Assembly (NCBI GenBank): GCA_964016885.1
Contig: OZ024740.1
Location: 338,954,001 to 339,018,000, forward strand
Direction of reading: 5' to 3'
Length of the DNA: 64,000 nucleotides
Source: Eledone cirrhosa
Taxonomy: Eukaryota
The notes below the pieces were generated by a model that was given only the letters and a program-made list of their open reading frames with translations, was not told where the DNA came from and did no database searches. The translations under genes and the position numbers were made by a program. Below are positions 33,237-47,849 of this stretch, piece by piece; position 1 is the first letter of the stretch; each line of letters opens with the position of its first letter.

Positions 33237-33358
33237 AATATATATATAAATATATATGTATGTATATATAAATATATATATATATGTATGTATATATAAA
33301 TATATATATATAAATATATATAAATATATATATATATATAGAAATATATATTTATATT

Positions 33359-33389
<31 letters not shown>

Positions 33390-33392
33390 ATT

Positions 33393-33502
<110 letters not shown>

Positions 33503-33625
33503 TATATATATGTATGTATATATATTATATATATATACATATATATATAAATATATATAAATATATATATATAGAGAAATATATATTTATATTTATATAT
33601 ATCTATATTTATATATATCTATATT

Positions 33626-33660
<35 letters not shown>

Positions 33661-33776
33661 ATATATTTCAGTGCATGAAATTCAGTCCTCGCTAGCTGTT
33701 CCATCTACCGAATTATTATTATTTTTATATGAGCCGCCAGTGTCCGCGCATAGCCTGGAGACTTAGCTGAGAATAG

Positions 33777-33858
33777 ACTCCCTGATGACGCAATGAATTC
33801 TCGACAGTTAGATTACGTAACTGTCTTTATCCCATTGCAGAAACTAATTAGTTGGAGT
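33777..33858 (+). ncRNA. Hammerhead ribozyme with 51-nt stem II (family G)
   Basis: ACTCC-CTGATGA-CGCAATG..GACAGTTA..TAACTGTC..CATTGCA-GAAA-CTAATTAG-TT-GGAGT. Confidence 0.8.
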
Positions 33859-34064
33859 GAAAATTTAAGTAAGTAAGTAAAAAATTTTTTTTAAATTTTT
33901 TTAAAAAGATTTTCTTATTTTACGTCTTTTATATTATTGTTCTGCATCCTCCTGCATTGAACCACCTAGGTACATAACCTGTGTATTTGCTGGCATAGGC
34001 GTGCATCTGTGCGCTTATGTTAGTTGATATATTAAATTATCTATATATATATATATATATATAA

Positions 34065-34095
<31 letters not shown>

Positions 34096-34126
34096 TATAA
34101 ATATATATATATGTATGTATATATAT

Positions 34127-34158
<32 letters not shown>

Positions 34159-34175
34159 AATATATATATATATAA

Positions 34176-34206
<31 letters not shown>

Positions 34207-34239
34207 GTTAAAATAATAGAGGTGTAACACACAAGTTAT

Positions 34240-34640
34240 TATATATTGGTAAACGGAATAGAAAATTCTGACAAATTGTTCACAGTTGAAAAATGGTTTA
34301 AGTAGAAATAAAAGACTATTAGTGATTGAATGGGTTACTATTCAGTTGTGGTTTTAAGTTTTTAAGTTTTTACCGGTTGCGCATTTCTAAATGCTTTTCA
34401 AAAATAATTTTGTGATGGAGTGTCCGTGCTGTTTGCTCTGATCTGAGCAAACAGCACGGATACTCTATCTCAAAATTATTTTTGAAAAGCATATAGAAAT
34501 GCGCAACCGGTAAAAACTTAAAAACTTAAAACGACAACTGAATACTAACCCATACAATCACTAATACTCTTTTATTCCTAATTAAACCATTTTTCAACTG
34601 TGAACAATTTGTCAGCATTTTCTATTCCGTTTGCCAATAT
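34240..34640. repeat. ~400-bp fold-back palindrome centred at ~34441, carrying family H-like HHR remnants
   Basis: CCGTGCTGTTTGCTC/GAGCAAACAGCACGG; arms match out to ATATTGG/CCAATAT. Confidence 0.8.
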
Positions 34641-34682
34641 ATATATATGTATATATATATAAATATATATATATATATGTAT

Positions 34683-37600
34683 AATTTCAACCTGGTTATA
34701 AAACCTTACTTATTCATAAGTATGTTTTTTTGTATTCTTCAATAAACAAAACTCATTATTTCTGAAGACGGCAGGTCGTGAAGATGTATGTATTTTTTTC
34801 TTACTATGATATTTTGTAATATGTTTTACATAGATCAATAATTGAATGAACATACAGGGAACTACTCCCCAGAAACGATTGTAAAATAATGAGTTTTACT
34901 ATGAATTAACAGTTTTGTGTTTAATTTCATTGTTTTAATATTTCTATTTTGACTCTGTATCCAATTGAATTATATCGTTGATAAAATTTTTGTATTTTAA
35001 ACTTTGCTTCACGACCTCTTCTATATACGGATTACATTGAGTTCTTCATACGGTTTAGACCCTACCATTGAGTGGTAGATTTATCAGTGTACTATGCTCC
35101 TTTTTTATTGATTTTTTCATTAATTAATATATTTAGTTGAGCTCTTATCTTGTCTAATATCCGTATTGCAATGGAAAGGCAATACTTAGGAACTTCGTTG
35201 AAAAATATACCAATTCTCTCTAAAGATGAATTCCTTCTTCTTCTTATACAAAAAACTAACCAATTTATTAGAAGAGTTCGTTGGCGGGCATACCACTTCG
35301 ATAACAAATCCAAAAGAGATGAGAAGAAAAACTTTTATGACTTTCACACATATAAAAAGCCTCCTCACAATTCTATACTTGAAAATTTTGAAAATGATTT
35401 ACTAAATATGATTAAATACATCAAATTTAAGAAACACAAATCAAACTTTCAAAAAGAACTGGACTCTACTCTATTTAAACTAAAAAACTCTAGTAAAATT
35501 CATGTCCACTCTGACAAAACTGGTAACTTATACCATATGAACATTGATGAATATAACCAAATCATTTATAAAGAACTAAGGAAGAAATATAAGAAAACCA
35601 GTAGTACAGCGCTCACCTCGATAAACAATAAATCACACACCATAGTAAAGGAACTCAATATCGAAGATAGAACCGAACATTTCACACCAAAAAATCCACA
35701 CTTTAATCTGAAAGATCATAAATCTGACTTCAACTGAAACCCATCGATTAGACTCATATGCCCATCTAAGTCGGACATCGGAGTAATAAGCAAGAAGATT
35801 CCTGATAAAATTATCCCACAACTAAGGAAACATGTAAAACTACCCCTATGGGAAAACACTTCCCAAGTTATCAATTGGTTCACCAACATCAAAAATAAGC
35901 CTTCAGCTTCATTTCTCCAATTCGATATCAATGCATACTATTCATCAATATCCCCCATACTACTGAACAAAGCATTAATTTTCGCCAAAAATAGATCGGA
36001 CTTAACTATGAATGAAATTAAGATCATTACACACGCCAGACAAACTCTATTGGACTTCCAGGACGAGTATTGGACTAGAAATACTTATAGTGATTTATAT
36101 GATATTACTATGGGCTCAATGGATTCCGCCCAGGTTACGGACCTTGTGGGCCTCTTCCTCTTATATAATTTGAATTCCTCTTTTCCCCACCTCAATGGTG
36201 GCCTATATCGCGATGACTGTCTTCTTCTAGCTAATAATCTTAGTCTCTCAGCAATTGAGAGAAATAAAAAGCATATTAGGAAATTCCTCAAAAATTACTA
36301 TAATCTTACGGTTACTTTTGAAAATAGCACTAAAATGGTCAATTTCCTCAACATCTCTTTAGACTTATCAACAGGCACTTACCAACCCTACCACAAACCA
36401 AACCAAAACCTCCATTATATACACTCACTATCTAACCACCCGAGTTCCATACTAAAAAATCTAGTCTACAATATCTCACTCAGACTATCTAAATTATCAT
36501 CTAGTGAAGAAATATTCTATAAAAATGCACCTTATTATAATGAGGCTTTAATTAGAAGTGGCTATAAAGATAAAATATTTTACATACCTAACACCATGAA
36601 TACTCCTAGCATACAGCCAACCATAAACAACAAACACCGTAGAAAACACCAAAAAGTTAGTGCCAGCAATGAAACAGCGAAACACCTAGATCCTACCATT
36701 ACTCCCAATATCCACATTAACACGAATGACACAAATTCTCTAAAAATCATCAATCCTAACGATTCCCAATATTTCTATAACTTACCTAATATTATTACTA
36801 CAAACCGTGCGATAACAGCTAACTCCACTACTCTTAAAAAAACAGTTAATAATAACACCTTATATCTTAATTCTCACAATAAACCTAATGATATATCACC
36901 TATCTCATCGAACCTTCAACATAACCAAACTACACCCTTGCAATCCCCAAATCTAGATAAACATATCCGAACTACCGTATATAACAAGAATGATACCGAA
37001 ATTCCAGGTCCTATCAATAATGCTCCATTAATAAAACTCACAATATCCTCTACAAATCAAACAAAAAGCAATAAATCAAAAACTGATACAATTCAAAAAT
37101 CTACTAAAGAATTAGTTCACACCCATAATAACAATCACAATATTATAATTTCATCTGATAACAATATCTACCCTAAAACTTCTATACATACCCAATATAA
37201 TAAGAAGAAACCTTTTAGAAATCATAAAAGAAATGTAACATGGTATAACGCTCCATTCAACTTGCAAACTATGGGCCAAATCCCTAAAAAATGTTTTACA
37301 ATTCTCGATAAGCATTTCCCACCTAATCACAAATACCATCAAATCTTAAACAGAAATACAGTAACATTTTCTTACTCCACACCGAGCAATATACAACAAA
37401 AAATAAGTGCATATAACATCTATAAATGTAAAAAAGCTCCATCTATACCACACAAAATAGCACACCACACACAAGATAACTATGGTAATACTACAACGCG
37501 TAACCAGAATATTACTGCATAGATAGATCTGTTCACTCACGTCACCAACACAATATAGCAGACTACAACCAACTACCATCTTCCTTATCCTCAATAGGGA

Positions 37601-38923
37601 CTAAGATTTACATACCCAATCTAACTAATAGCGTCCAAAACAACCATGATTCCATGAACGCTATATCAAGTATAATTTCACCTACTAGCAACAATTCGGA
37701 CTACAACCACCCTACCGTAAACCCTTCTCTCCCAAATAAAAAGGTAAACACAAATACTAGCACTATTATTGAGAATATCATAGCACATCTGAAACCCTAT
37801 ATGCAAACGGTTGTAATTGTAGAATAAAGGATAATTGCCCTTAAATGGAAATTGCTTAATTAATAATATAGTATATAAATGTGTAATCACAACTAAAGAC
37901 TCTAATCAATCCTATATAGGATCCACTTCTAATCCATTTAAATCGAGATTTTATGCACACACCCACAGTTTCCGAAACACAAAATTAGCTAATACCACTT
38001 CTTTAGCAGAAGCAGTTAATAATTGTAAAAAGAAGAATATTAAATATAACCTAACTTGGAAGATTCTTAAGAGAGCTATTTCGTATCAGGGCAATAGAAG
38101 GGAGTGCGGACTGTGTTCGCAATAAATTTTTGAAATTACTAAATCGAAGGACACTCTATTAAATAAAAAACAAGAATTAATTTTAGTATGTAACCATAAA
38201 ATTAGAAGGACATTCAAATATTATAAACACAACTAAACAAATATAGAAAATGATATAGGTGAATAAATGTGTGTGAATATGTATATCTGTGTGTATATGT
38301 ATGTATATGCATAAATGTATGCCTATATATATAAACATGTGTGTGTGAGTATACATGTGTATATATTTTTTATATTATATATTTTTAGAACAAATTATTC
38401 CTCACAATAAAGAAATAACTAACTTCTTAAGATTGTTCTATTCCATTCTACTTGATGTAACACACTAATCTCAGTACCCCTTTCCCTCCAACCGTAATCT
38501 TCTTTGACCATCAACACTTTTATATAAAATATGCCTAAATTCATTTACACTAACAACTTTCATTGCTTTTCTTAAAAGACATTTGATACCTTATCCACTG
38601 ATGGCCTATTTATTCATCTACTACCACCAACCTTAAGGAGTTATACTTCCCCTTTCCATTCTTAACATTGGTCAATTTCAACCTGGTTATAAAACCTTAC
38701 TTATTCATATGTATGTTTTTTTTGTATTCTTCAATAAACAAAACTCATTATTTCAGAAGAGGGCGGGTAGTGAAGACGTATGTATCTTTTTTCTTACTAT
38801 GATATTTTATAATATGTTTTATATAGATCAATAATTGAATGAACTTACAGGGAACTAACCCCCAGAAACGATCGTAAAATAATGAGTTTTACTATGAATT
38901 AACAGTTTTGTGTTTAATTTCAT
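34683..38923 (+). mobile_element. Near full-length Naiad-like Penelope element with ~250-bp direct pseudo-LTRs (34683-34930, 38674-38923)
   Basis: Direct repeats each containing the long-stem-II HHR (34748-34897, 38740-38890) flank an RT-GIY-YIG frame. Confidence 0.9.
35171..38235 (+). pseudogene. PLE RT + GIY-YIG polyprotein (in-frame TGA at 35735, further stops and frameshifts after 37520)
   Basis: SLKNIP, RVRWRAYHF, SDKTGNLY, KDHK, QFDINAYYSSI, ITMGS, GLYRDDCL, SNHP, WYNAPF, CNC..CP, IVYKC..YIGST. Confidence 0.9.
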
Positions 38924-38924
38924 A

Positions 38925-39733
38925 AGATGTACAGAGGGTACTTGCAGAAACATGACAACAACATACATAGGCGAGACAGCTCGTAGCATAGGTGAAGGGA
39001 TAGACCAACACTGGGGGGAACTAAAAGGACGAAAAAACGGGTCAGTACTATACGAACATGCTAGACAACATCATGACGGTAACATAGACAACATAGAAAT
39101 TAGAATAATATCTAAACATAGAAATGACCCAGCAGATAGGCAAATCAGAGAGGCCAGTGAAATAGAAATTAGAAGGCCAAGACTAAACAGAAAGAATGAA
39201 TGGAATAACAACAACACCCAAACAAACAACACTGACCTAAGAGAAGTATAAATAAGTAAATAAAATAAAATTAATAAATAAATAAATAAATACATACACA
39301 AACACAATAACAACAAGTACATAAACACACACTAGTCACCCATCACACAGCAAACAAAACACTACACACACGCAAACGCATGCGCAAAGAAGACAAAATA
39401 AAATAAACAAACAAGCAAATAAATAAATAAATATATAGACAGACTGAATAAAAATGGCGTAGACATATAATACAACAGGAGGAAACGATAACACCACTGA
39501 CGATGTTGCAGATGTGCAACGAAAGATTTATGATAAACTATATATATGTGTTTGTGTCTATATTGTATCTATTATTTTTGACCGTCGGTCAGTCAATGGC
39601 AACATTGAGGACCGAGTAAGTTAGATTACCGATATAAAAGACACAGAAGCGAGAAGCGAAAACCAACAAAACAGTGAGTGTGTTCTGTTATTAATTCTGG
39701 CAAAATTACACAAATATGACCCTCCCCAAGTAT

Positions 39734-39740
<7 letters not shown>
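38925..39740 (+). mobile_element. 3' fragment of a different PLE lineage (GIY-YIG half 38930-39251 + 3' UTR with degenerate HHR ~39492-39545)
   Basis: YIGETARS...H...SVLYEHA..HH...RQIREA..I....P.LN; CTGACGA-TGTTGCAGATGTGCAAC-GAAA. Confidence 0.75.
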
Positions 39741-39798
<58 letters not shown>

Positions 39799-39817
39799 TA
39801 TATCTGTTATATATATA

Positions 39818-39865
<48 letters not shown>

Positions 39866-39885
39866 CATACATATATATATATAAT

Positions 39886-39916
<31 letters not shown>

Positions 39917-39981
39917 AAATATATATATATATATATATAATTATATATATATATATATAATTATATAAATATATATATATA

Positions 39982-40935
<954 letters not shown>

Positions 40936-40939
40936 AAAC

Positions 40940-41330
40940 ATGAATGGAACAGCAACATCAGAACTTACAATTAAGGACGCACATAGAACAAACAACCAAC
41001 CAGTAACATGTAAATAAACAAATAAATAAACAAATATAAACACACACAGACACCCGGATGTAACACATGCGCAAACTAAGCACACAACACACACAAAAAC
41101 AAGATGGCGTAGGACCGAACAAAGAAAAGAATCCCCAGTCACTGAAGAGGTCACAGAATGTGTGACGAAAGAAATTTGACAATATATAAACAATCATCTG
41201 GTTGTGGAACCAACCAACCAACCGGAAATTTATAAATTCCTAAATTTATAAATTTATTATAATAAATTGAAGTGAAACAACTGGTGCGTGTGTTTCTAAT
41301 TTGCAACATGACCCTCCCAAAGTATAACAA
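40940..41330 (+). mobile_element. PLE 3' terminal fragment with HHR-like motif at 41138-41180; related to 400-535 and 39450-39740
   Basis: GTCA-CTGAAGA-GGTCACAGAATGTGTGAC-GAAA..TGAC; shared AAGATGGCGTAG and ATGACCCTCCCAAAG.ATAACAA tail. Confidence 0.6.
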
Positions 41331-41385
41331 TATCGGTTTCAACACACGTTTTCAGATAAAGATTCTGCTAAACAAATTCAGAAAC

Positions 41386-42520
<1,135 letters not shown>

Positions 42521-43010
42521 GATCACGTTGCAGACACAGCGGAATCCTGTATCAAGATTTGTCTGTCAGTTCTGTAAGTTTGAAGTGACTGCCTTACAGC
42601 TATTTAGTTGTGTTGGCGACCATTTGCAAATGACTTTCAGTCAATTATACAAACAGATATTTCACTGAAAAAGAGAGAAAAACCTATACACTGATAGCTC
42701 CTTTGCTTTGTTTCAACGAAGGAGAGTGAAGAACTAACAACAACCTAATAAAGACCAACAACAGAAGCAGTGGAAGCAATGACGACAACCGCAAGTATAC
42801 AGATTTCTATTAAATATAGTATGTGTGAATATTGAGTTCATCATTTTGTCAACTTGAAAATTTCAAAAGAAGCAATTGTCGAATATTTCTTGATAAATGC
42901 GTTCAATCGTTATAATTTATAGGAATAAGGGAAAAAAATCTTTTTTCCCACTCAAAAAATAATAATAATGAGGATTATGGCAGTGATGATGATGGAGAGA
43001 CCGATAACAT

Positions 43011-43079
<69 letters not shown>

Positions 43080-43087
43080 TACTACTC

Positions 43088-43129
<42 letters not shown>
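43011..43129. repeat. (TAC)n immediately followed by its reverse complement (GTA)n
   Basis: ...CTACTACTC|GTAGTAGTA... Confidence 0.9.
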
Positions 43130-44143
43130 AGTGATATTATATTTTCATTTGATTTTAAAGATCGATTTTTTTTCTCTTTCTGTCTCTGTTCATTTCTGTT
43201 AGAAGTTTGAGATCGATAACATTGCCACCATGTGTCGCTTTACCAGTGAATATCGTCACTACAACAGCCAGGCAGCCAGCCGACCAGACAGACAGACAAA
43301 CTGACAGGCACATACCCTTCCCTATTACACCACATATTCATCCAGCAGCAGACAGGATTACTGAATGACCGGGTAAAAAGGTAGAGTGGAGGCAGATTGA
43401 CTGTAGACTCTAAAGAATAAAAAAAAATTATTATTATAAATCTGCCGGTTTAACTGGAGGAGGGGGAGGAAGGCAGGTTGGGTTACACATTGTCGATGAA
43501 GCAACAGATAAGTTGTACAAATGTTGGCGATTAGTAATTGGCACCGTGCATTCGTTGCTACTTTGTGACAGCCGCCTCCGACCGGGAGAGAACGATGTCT
43601 TTGTGGTAAATAAAAGAACGCATTAACACTATTGTTGATTAGCAGTATCTGTAGAGCGTCAGACAAAAATGTTTTGCAGTATTTTGTTAAGAATCTACGT
43701 TCCAAGTTCAAATCGCGCCGATTTTACACCTCTAAATTGCTGCCATTTTGCCTAAATTAGAAATCACTTGTATTGGTAGTAGTGGTGGTAATCTTTATTT
43801 TTTAAATGATGATTATTTTAGTTTGAGTTGAAAGATGAAGTTTTGTCTCAGGCTTACCCAACTTGTCCCAGACCGATATGGCTGAAACCGTTAACGTTCG
43901 GCTTAAACTGATGTAAGTCAACGACTGCAGTAAAGACGTGCGTGGTGGGAAATTCAGAGGGCTGTCGTTCTGGGAATAAAGTCCCGGCTGTATCACGTTA
44001 GGGTCGTGTGTAAGGGTTTGGACACAATGTGAGTAATGAAAGGAGGAGAGACGAATGAGATGAGCTAGTTGCTGAATGGGGGTAACACGAAACTAGCCAG
44101 CCTGCCAGATCCGAGGAGCAGAGTCCATTGTTGGAGAGAAGAC

Positions 44144-44197
<54 letters not shown>

Positions 44198-45344
44198 CGG
44201 AAGAGAGAGAGAGAGGGGGGTGGAAGAGACATATGAGAGGGGGTGGAAGATACATCTCTCGGTCGAAGGCTGGTGTGTATTTGTGAGTGACTCCGTGACA
44301 ATTATTCGAGAAACCTTTCTCTGGATGCAGCCTATGATGTCTATTTATGTAGCAGTCGTACGGCTGCCATTGAATCTAAGCAATATTTGGGTGGAAAATA
44401 ATGTCTATCTCATTAAGTAACAGCTTCGTCCTGACAGCTAATTTGAAGGATTTTTCTCAACAGAAGAGTTTTAAGAAGTGATTACGTAACACACCAGCCC
44501 TGTCAATAAGATGCCAGTAATATTTTCTTTTTCTTTACAATTATTCTTTTTTTTAATTACAGCAAAAAATAACGTAATAATGATAAAAGATAAATCCAAT
44601 AAAACTACTGAAACGATCTGCCTCGTATAAACAAACAGTTAATAACCTTGGAAAACTAAGATAAGCTGTTTTACTATAAGGTGGGGTGAATTGTTCAAAG
44701 AGATGAGGCGTGTGTTAGAAAATACTTTCCACGTTTATTAATGACAGTACAATTATGACATACCGCAAAACTGAAATAACATTACAAACGAAACATGCAT
44801 TGTTATATCTATTGAGCTCTGATGTCGTCTGCGTTATCCAATTTGGCCACGTGAGTTCAGTGTATCTATCGTTCCCAGGAATTGTGTCTGTCTATCTCTT
44901 TCTCTCTTCCTCTTTACCGGTTGGCAAAAATGCTGAGACCCTCTGTCTCCGTCCCGTTCTCTTTCCTCCACCACCTCCTTTTCCTCCTCCTAAGTATGTT
45001 TTTTTCTTTCTTTCTCCCATCTGATCCCCACATCCCATGTTTTCTAACTATTTACCCATTTTATTTTTCTTTCGTTTCTAAACACACCCACACAACCTTT
45101 CTCTTATGTTATATATAAATGATTCTTAACATCCTGTAATTGTGCTTTATCCTGTTACGATGGTGCTGGTGGGTTAAGACAGCTGATACCTGTCACATGC
45201 CATACTTTTTCCCTATTTTGATATTTAAGAAGAAACTCTGTTTTAATCTTACTACATTTAAAGGAAGATTTCGTGATGGAGATTAAAGTTAGCAGAGTAT
45301 TGCCAATAATGTGGTACAAACGGATCTACACGCCAGTGTGCTAA

Positions 45345-45725
45345 TAATTGTTTCTTCTTTACGCACAAGGCCAGCAATTATCCCAGTGAATTACTGGTGC
45401 TTTATTTTATCGACCCCGTAAGAATGAAAGGCAAAGTTAACCTCGGCAGGATTTGAACTCGGACCATAAAAGTGCATAACTCTATGCTGCAAGGCATGGC
45501 GTCCGACCTTCTACCGATTCTGCCAAACGCCAGCATTTATTTTGTTTCTTTTTTCTGTCGGGGAAATAGTTTATTCACCCCAGTACTTGACTGGTACTTT
45601 ATATTTTATCGACCTCGGAAGGATGAATAGCACAGTTAACTTCAGCGAGACTTGAATTCAAAGTGTAAAGAACCAGAACAAATACAGCAATGCCATTTTA
45701 TCTAATACTCTACCAGTTCTGCCAA
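45345..45725 (-). mobile_element. Two adjacent tRNA-derived SINEs (45345-45530 and 45570-45725)
   Basis: TTTATCGACC..AAG.ATGAA.GC..AGTTAAC and GATTTGAACTC B-box complement, as in 640-820. Confidence 0.75.
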
Positions 45726-46014
45726 CCCAATACCTTTTTAGTTTGCTAATCACTTTTATAAAAATTAAAACACAGTTTATATAACTAAGATGTTACTAAA
45801 CGAGCAAGCATGCACACACGCGTCTCTGCACATTGCATCTACAAACAAAAGCTCTGTTCGATGACAAGTATTAACCTTATCTCTTAGCAATGCCCTCCAA
45901 CTATTGGTTCACTGTCCAGTCATGTAGATAATATTTGATTGAGAACTATATCATCTGTGGTATCTTCTTACAGGTAGATACATTCATTCTACCATACTAC
46001 TGTACGTATTTGTG

Positions 46015-46235
46015 AAGGCGTGAGGCTTAGTGCTTAGGTTATTGAGAACACAATTATAAGATCGTGATTTCGATTTCCGGCGGTGCATTGTGTTCTTGAG
46101 CAAGATACTTTATTTCACGTTGCTCGAGTCCACTCAGCTGGCAAAAATGAAATGTACCTGTAAATCAAAGAACCAGCATTGTCATACAGTCATGCTGAAT
46201 CCCCTTGAAAACAGTGTTAAGGGTACACGTGTTTG
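46015..46235 (+). mobile_element. Old tRNA-derived SINE with CORE-like segment
   Basis: GGCTTAGTG A-box-like, GATTTCGATTTCC B-box-like, GTGTTCTTGAGCAAGATACTTTATTTCACGTTGCT. Confidence 0.55.
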
Positions 46236-47387
46236 TGGAATCAGATCTGTCAACCCTCCCCATCCGACGAGGAGATCTCTCATCCACTTTGGAATCGGTG
46301 AGATATGTCTTCTCTTGTGAAAATGGGTATAGTTTTAATTATGTTAAATCTCCCCATTTTGCCTCAGATTTCCCCGTTTTGGGGAACTTTTTTATGGTAC
46401 GCCCCGTTTGGGTTTTTAGAGGTTGGCATCTATGGAATGTTCTGTCACTTCACGTCAATTTCATGAGTAGGTGTATGTATCTGTTAGGCGGCGGAGGTCC
46501 ATTCCACAGTTTACGTATTTATAACGGTGCATTTAAATAGCTTGATGGACTAGATGGACTGTGTAGTACTGATGTACTTGCTTACAACAGTATATTATAA
46601 CAGTCTGTGGTATATGTCTTCATTTTGATAAGATATCATTTGGATGAGATTTCACTGATGAATCTTACGACGAATTTTGTAAACAATAGCGTCGTTTTAA
46701 ACCAACGAATTTCTGATGGAGAGAATGATAAGAGAATATTTGTACAACTTGCAAAGAGTAAATACCACAAAATATTCTTGTTCAAATGCACCGACTTATA
46801 CATTTTCTTGCCAATGTTTGCACCACACTAACACAAACATACTGCTACAACACGTAAATATATACCAAATATGTAATAATTAAATATACACACCTATAGC
46901 TGTAGAATTATATGTATATGTGCACATATATCTCAAAATATACAGATACATACACACAATAACATCCATACCTGCGCCAACAGAAATACATACAGACAGG
47001 CAGGCATACATAATTACCTAGTTGATGTCTAAATTCCAATTAGCAGAGAAGGATGAACAGACAAAATGACTTTCTTCTCTGAAGGATCATGTATGAGAAA
47101 ATTAACTTTTCTTCCACTCTCTTTATTTTTTTATTATTATTATTTTTTTACTTTTTATTTTTTATTTTTATTATCATTATTTTCACTATTTGTACAAATA
47201 TGCAACTTAACAATATTCTGCATATCCGCAATTGACAATGCATTCAATGCTGAAACCGTTATTGTAAATAAATTAATGCTTTGAAATTTCACTAAAAATA
47301 TCCCTTCAACATTTTCTACAGAAAAAATCTTTTTCCTTTCTACTATTTGTTTATATATATATCAATCCGTGTGTTACATTTCTACAT

Positions 47388-47483
<96 letters not shown>

Positions 47484-47849
47484 AGGGAAAAAAGATGAAA
47501 TCGAAAATGCAACTGGAGTCTTTTAAAGAATATTTATTTGGTTCCTCTACCGGTTACGCAGTTCTTGTGCTTTTCAAAAGTAGAATTGAGATGGAGGGTT
47601 TGTGGTTTTTCTCGCATCTGGTTAGTGTTCGAATGTTACTTCTGTTTTATATGGAAAAAAGATGCTCGAAATGCTATGTTTTTAGAAAAGTAATTTGGTT
47701 GGTTCATGACTGTCATGTGAATAAGTATAATAAATTTCGCGCCAGTTCGCCTTACAAAGTTCTTATTATTAAAAGAAGGGGGGGGGGGCTTAGATTGTTT
47801 TTCCCTATATGAGTGAAATTTGGTTGGTTGATGCAGTCACACACAGGCT

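Noticed and set aside
35735-35737. In-frame TGA in a Naiad-like ORF as possible selenocysteine (some Naiad PLEs are known to encode Sec)
   Set aside because: The paralog at ~4954 has Ser (TCT), not Cys, so TCA>TGA decay is simpler. The same copy has TAG/TAA stops and frameshifts, and I could not identify a SECIS by eye. A consensus with fixed TGA plus a SECISearch hit would reverse this.
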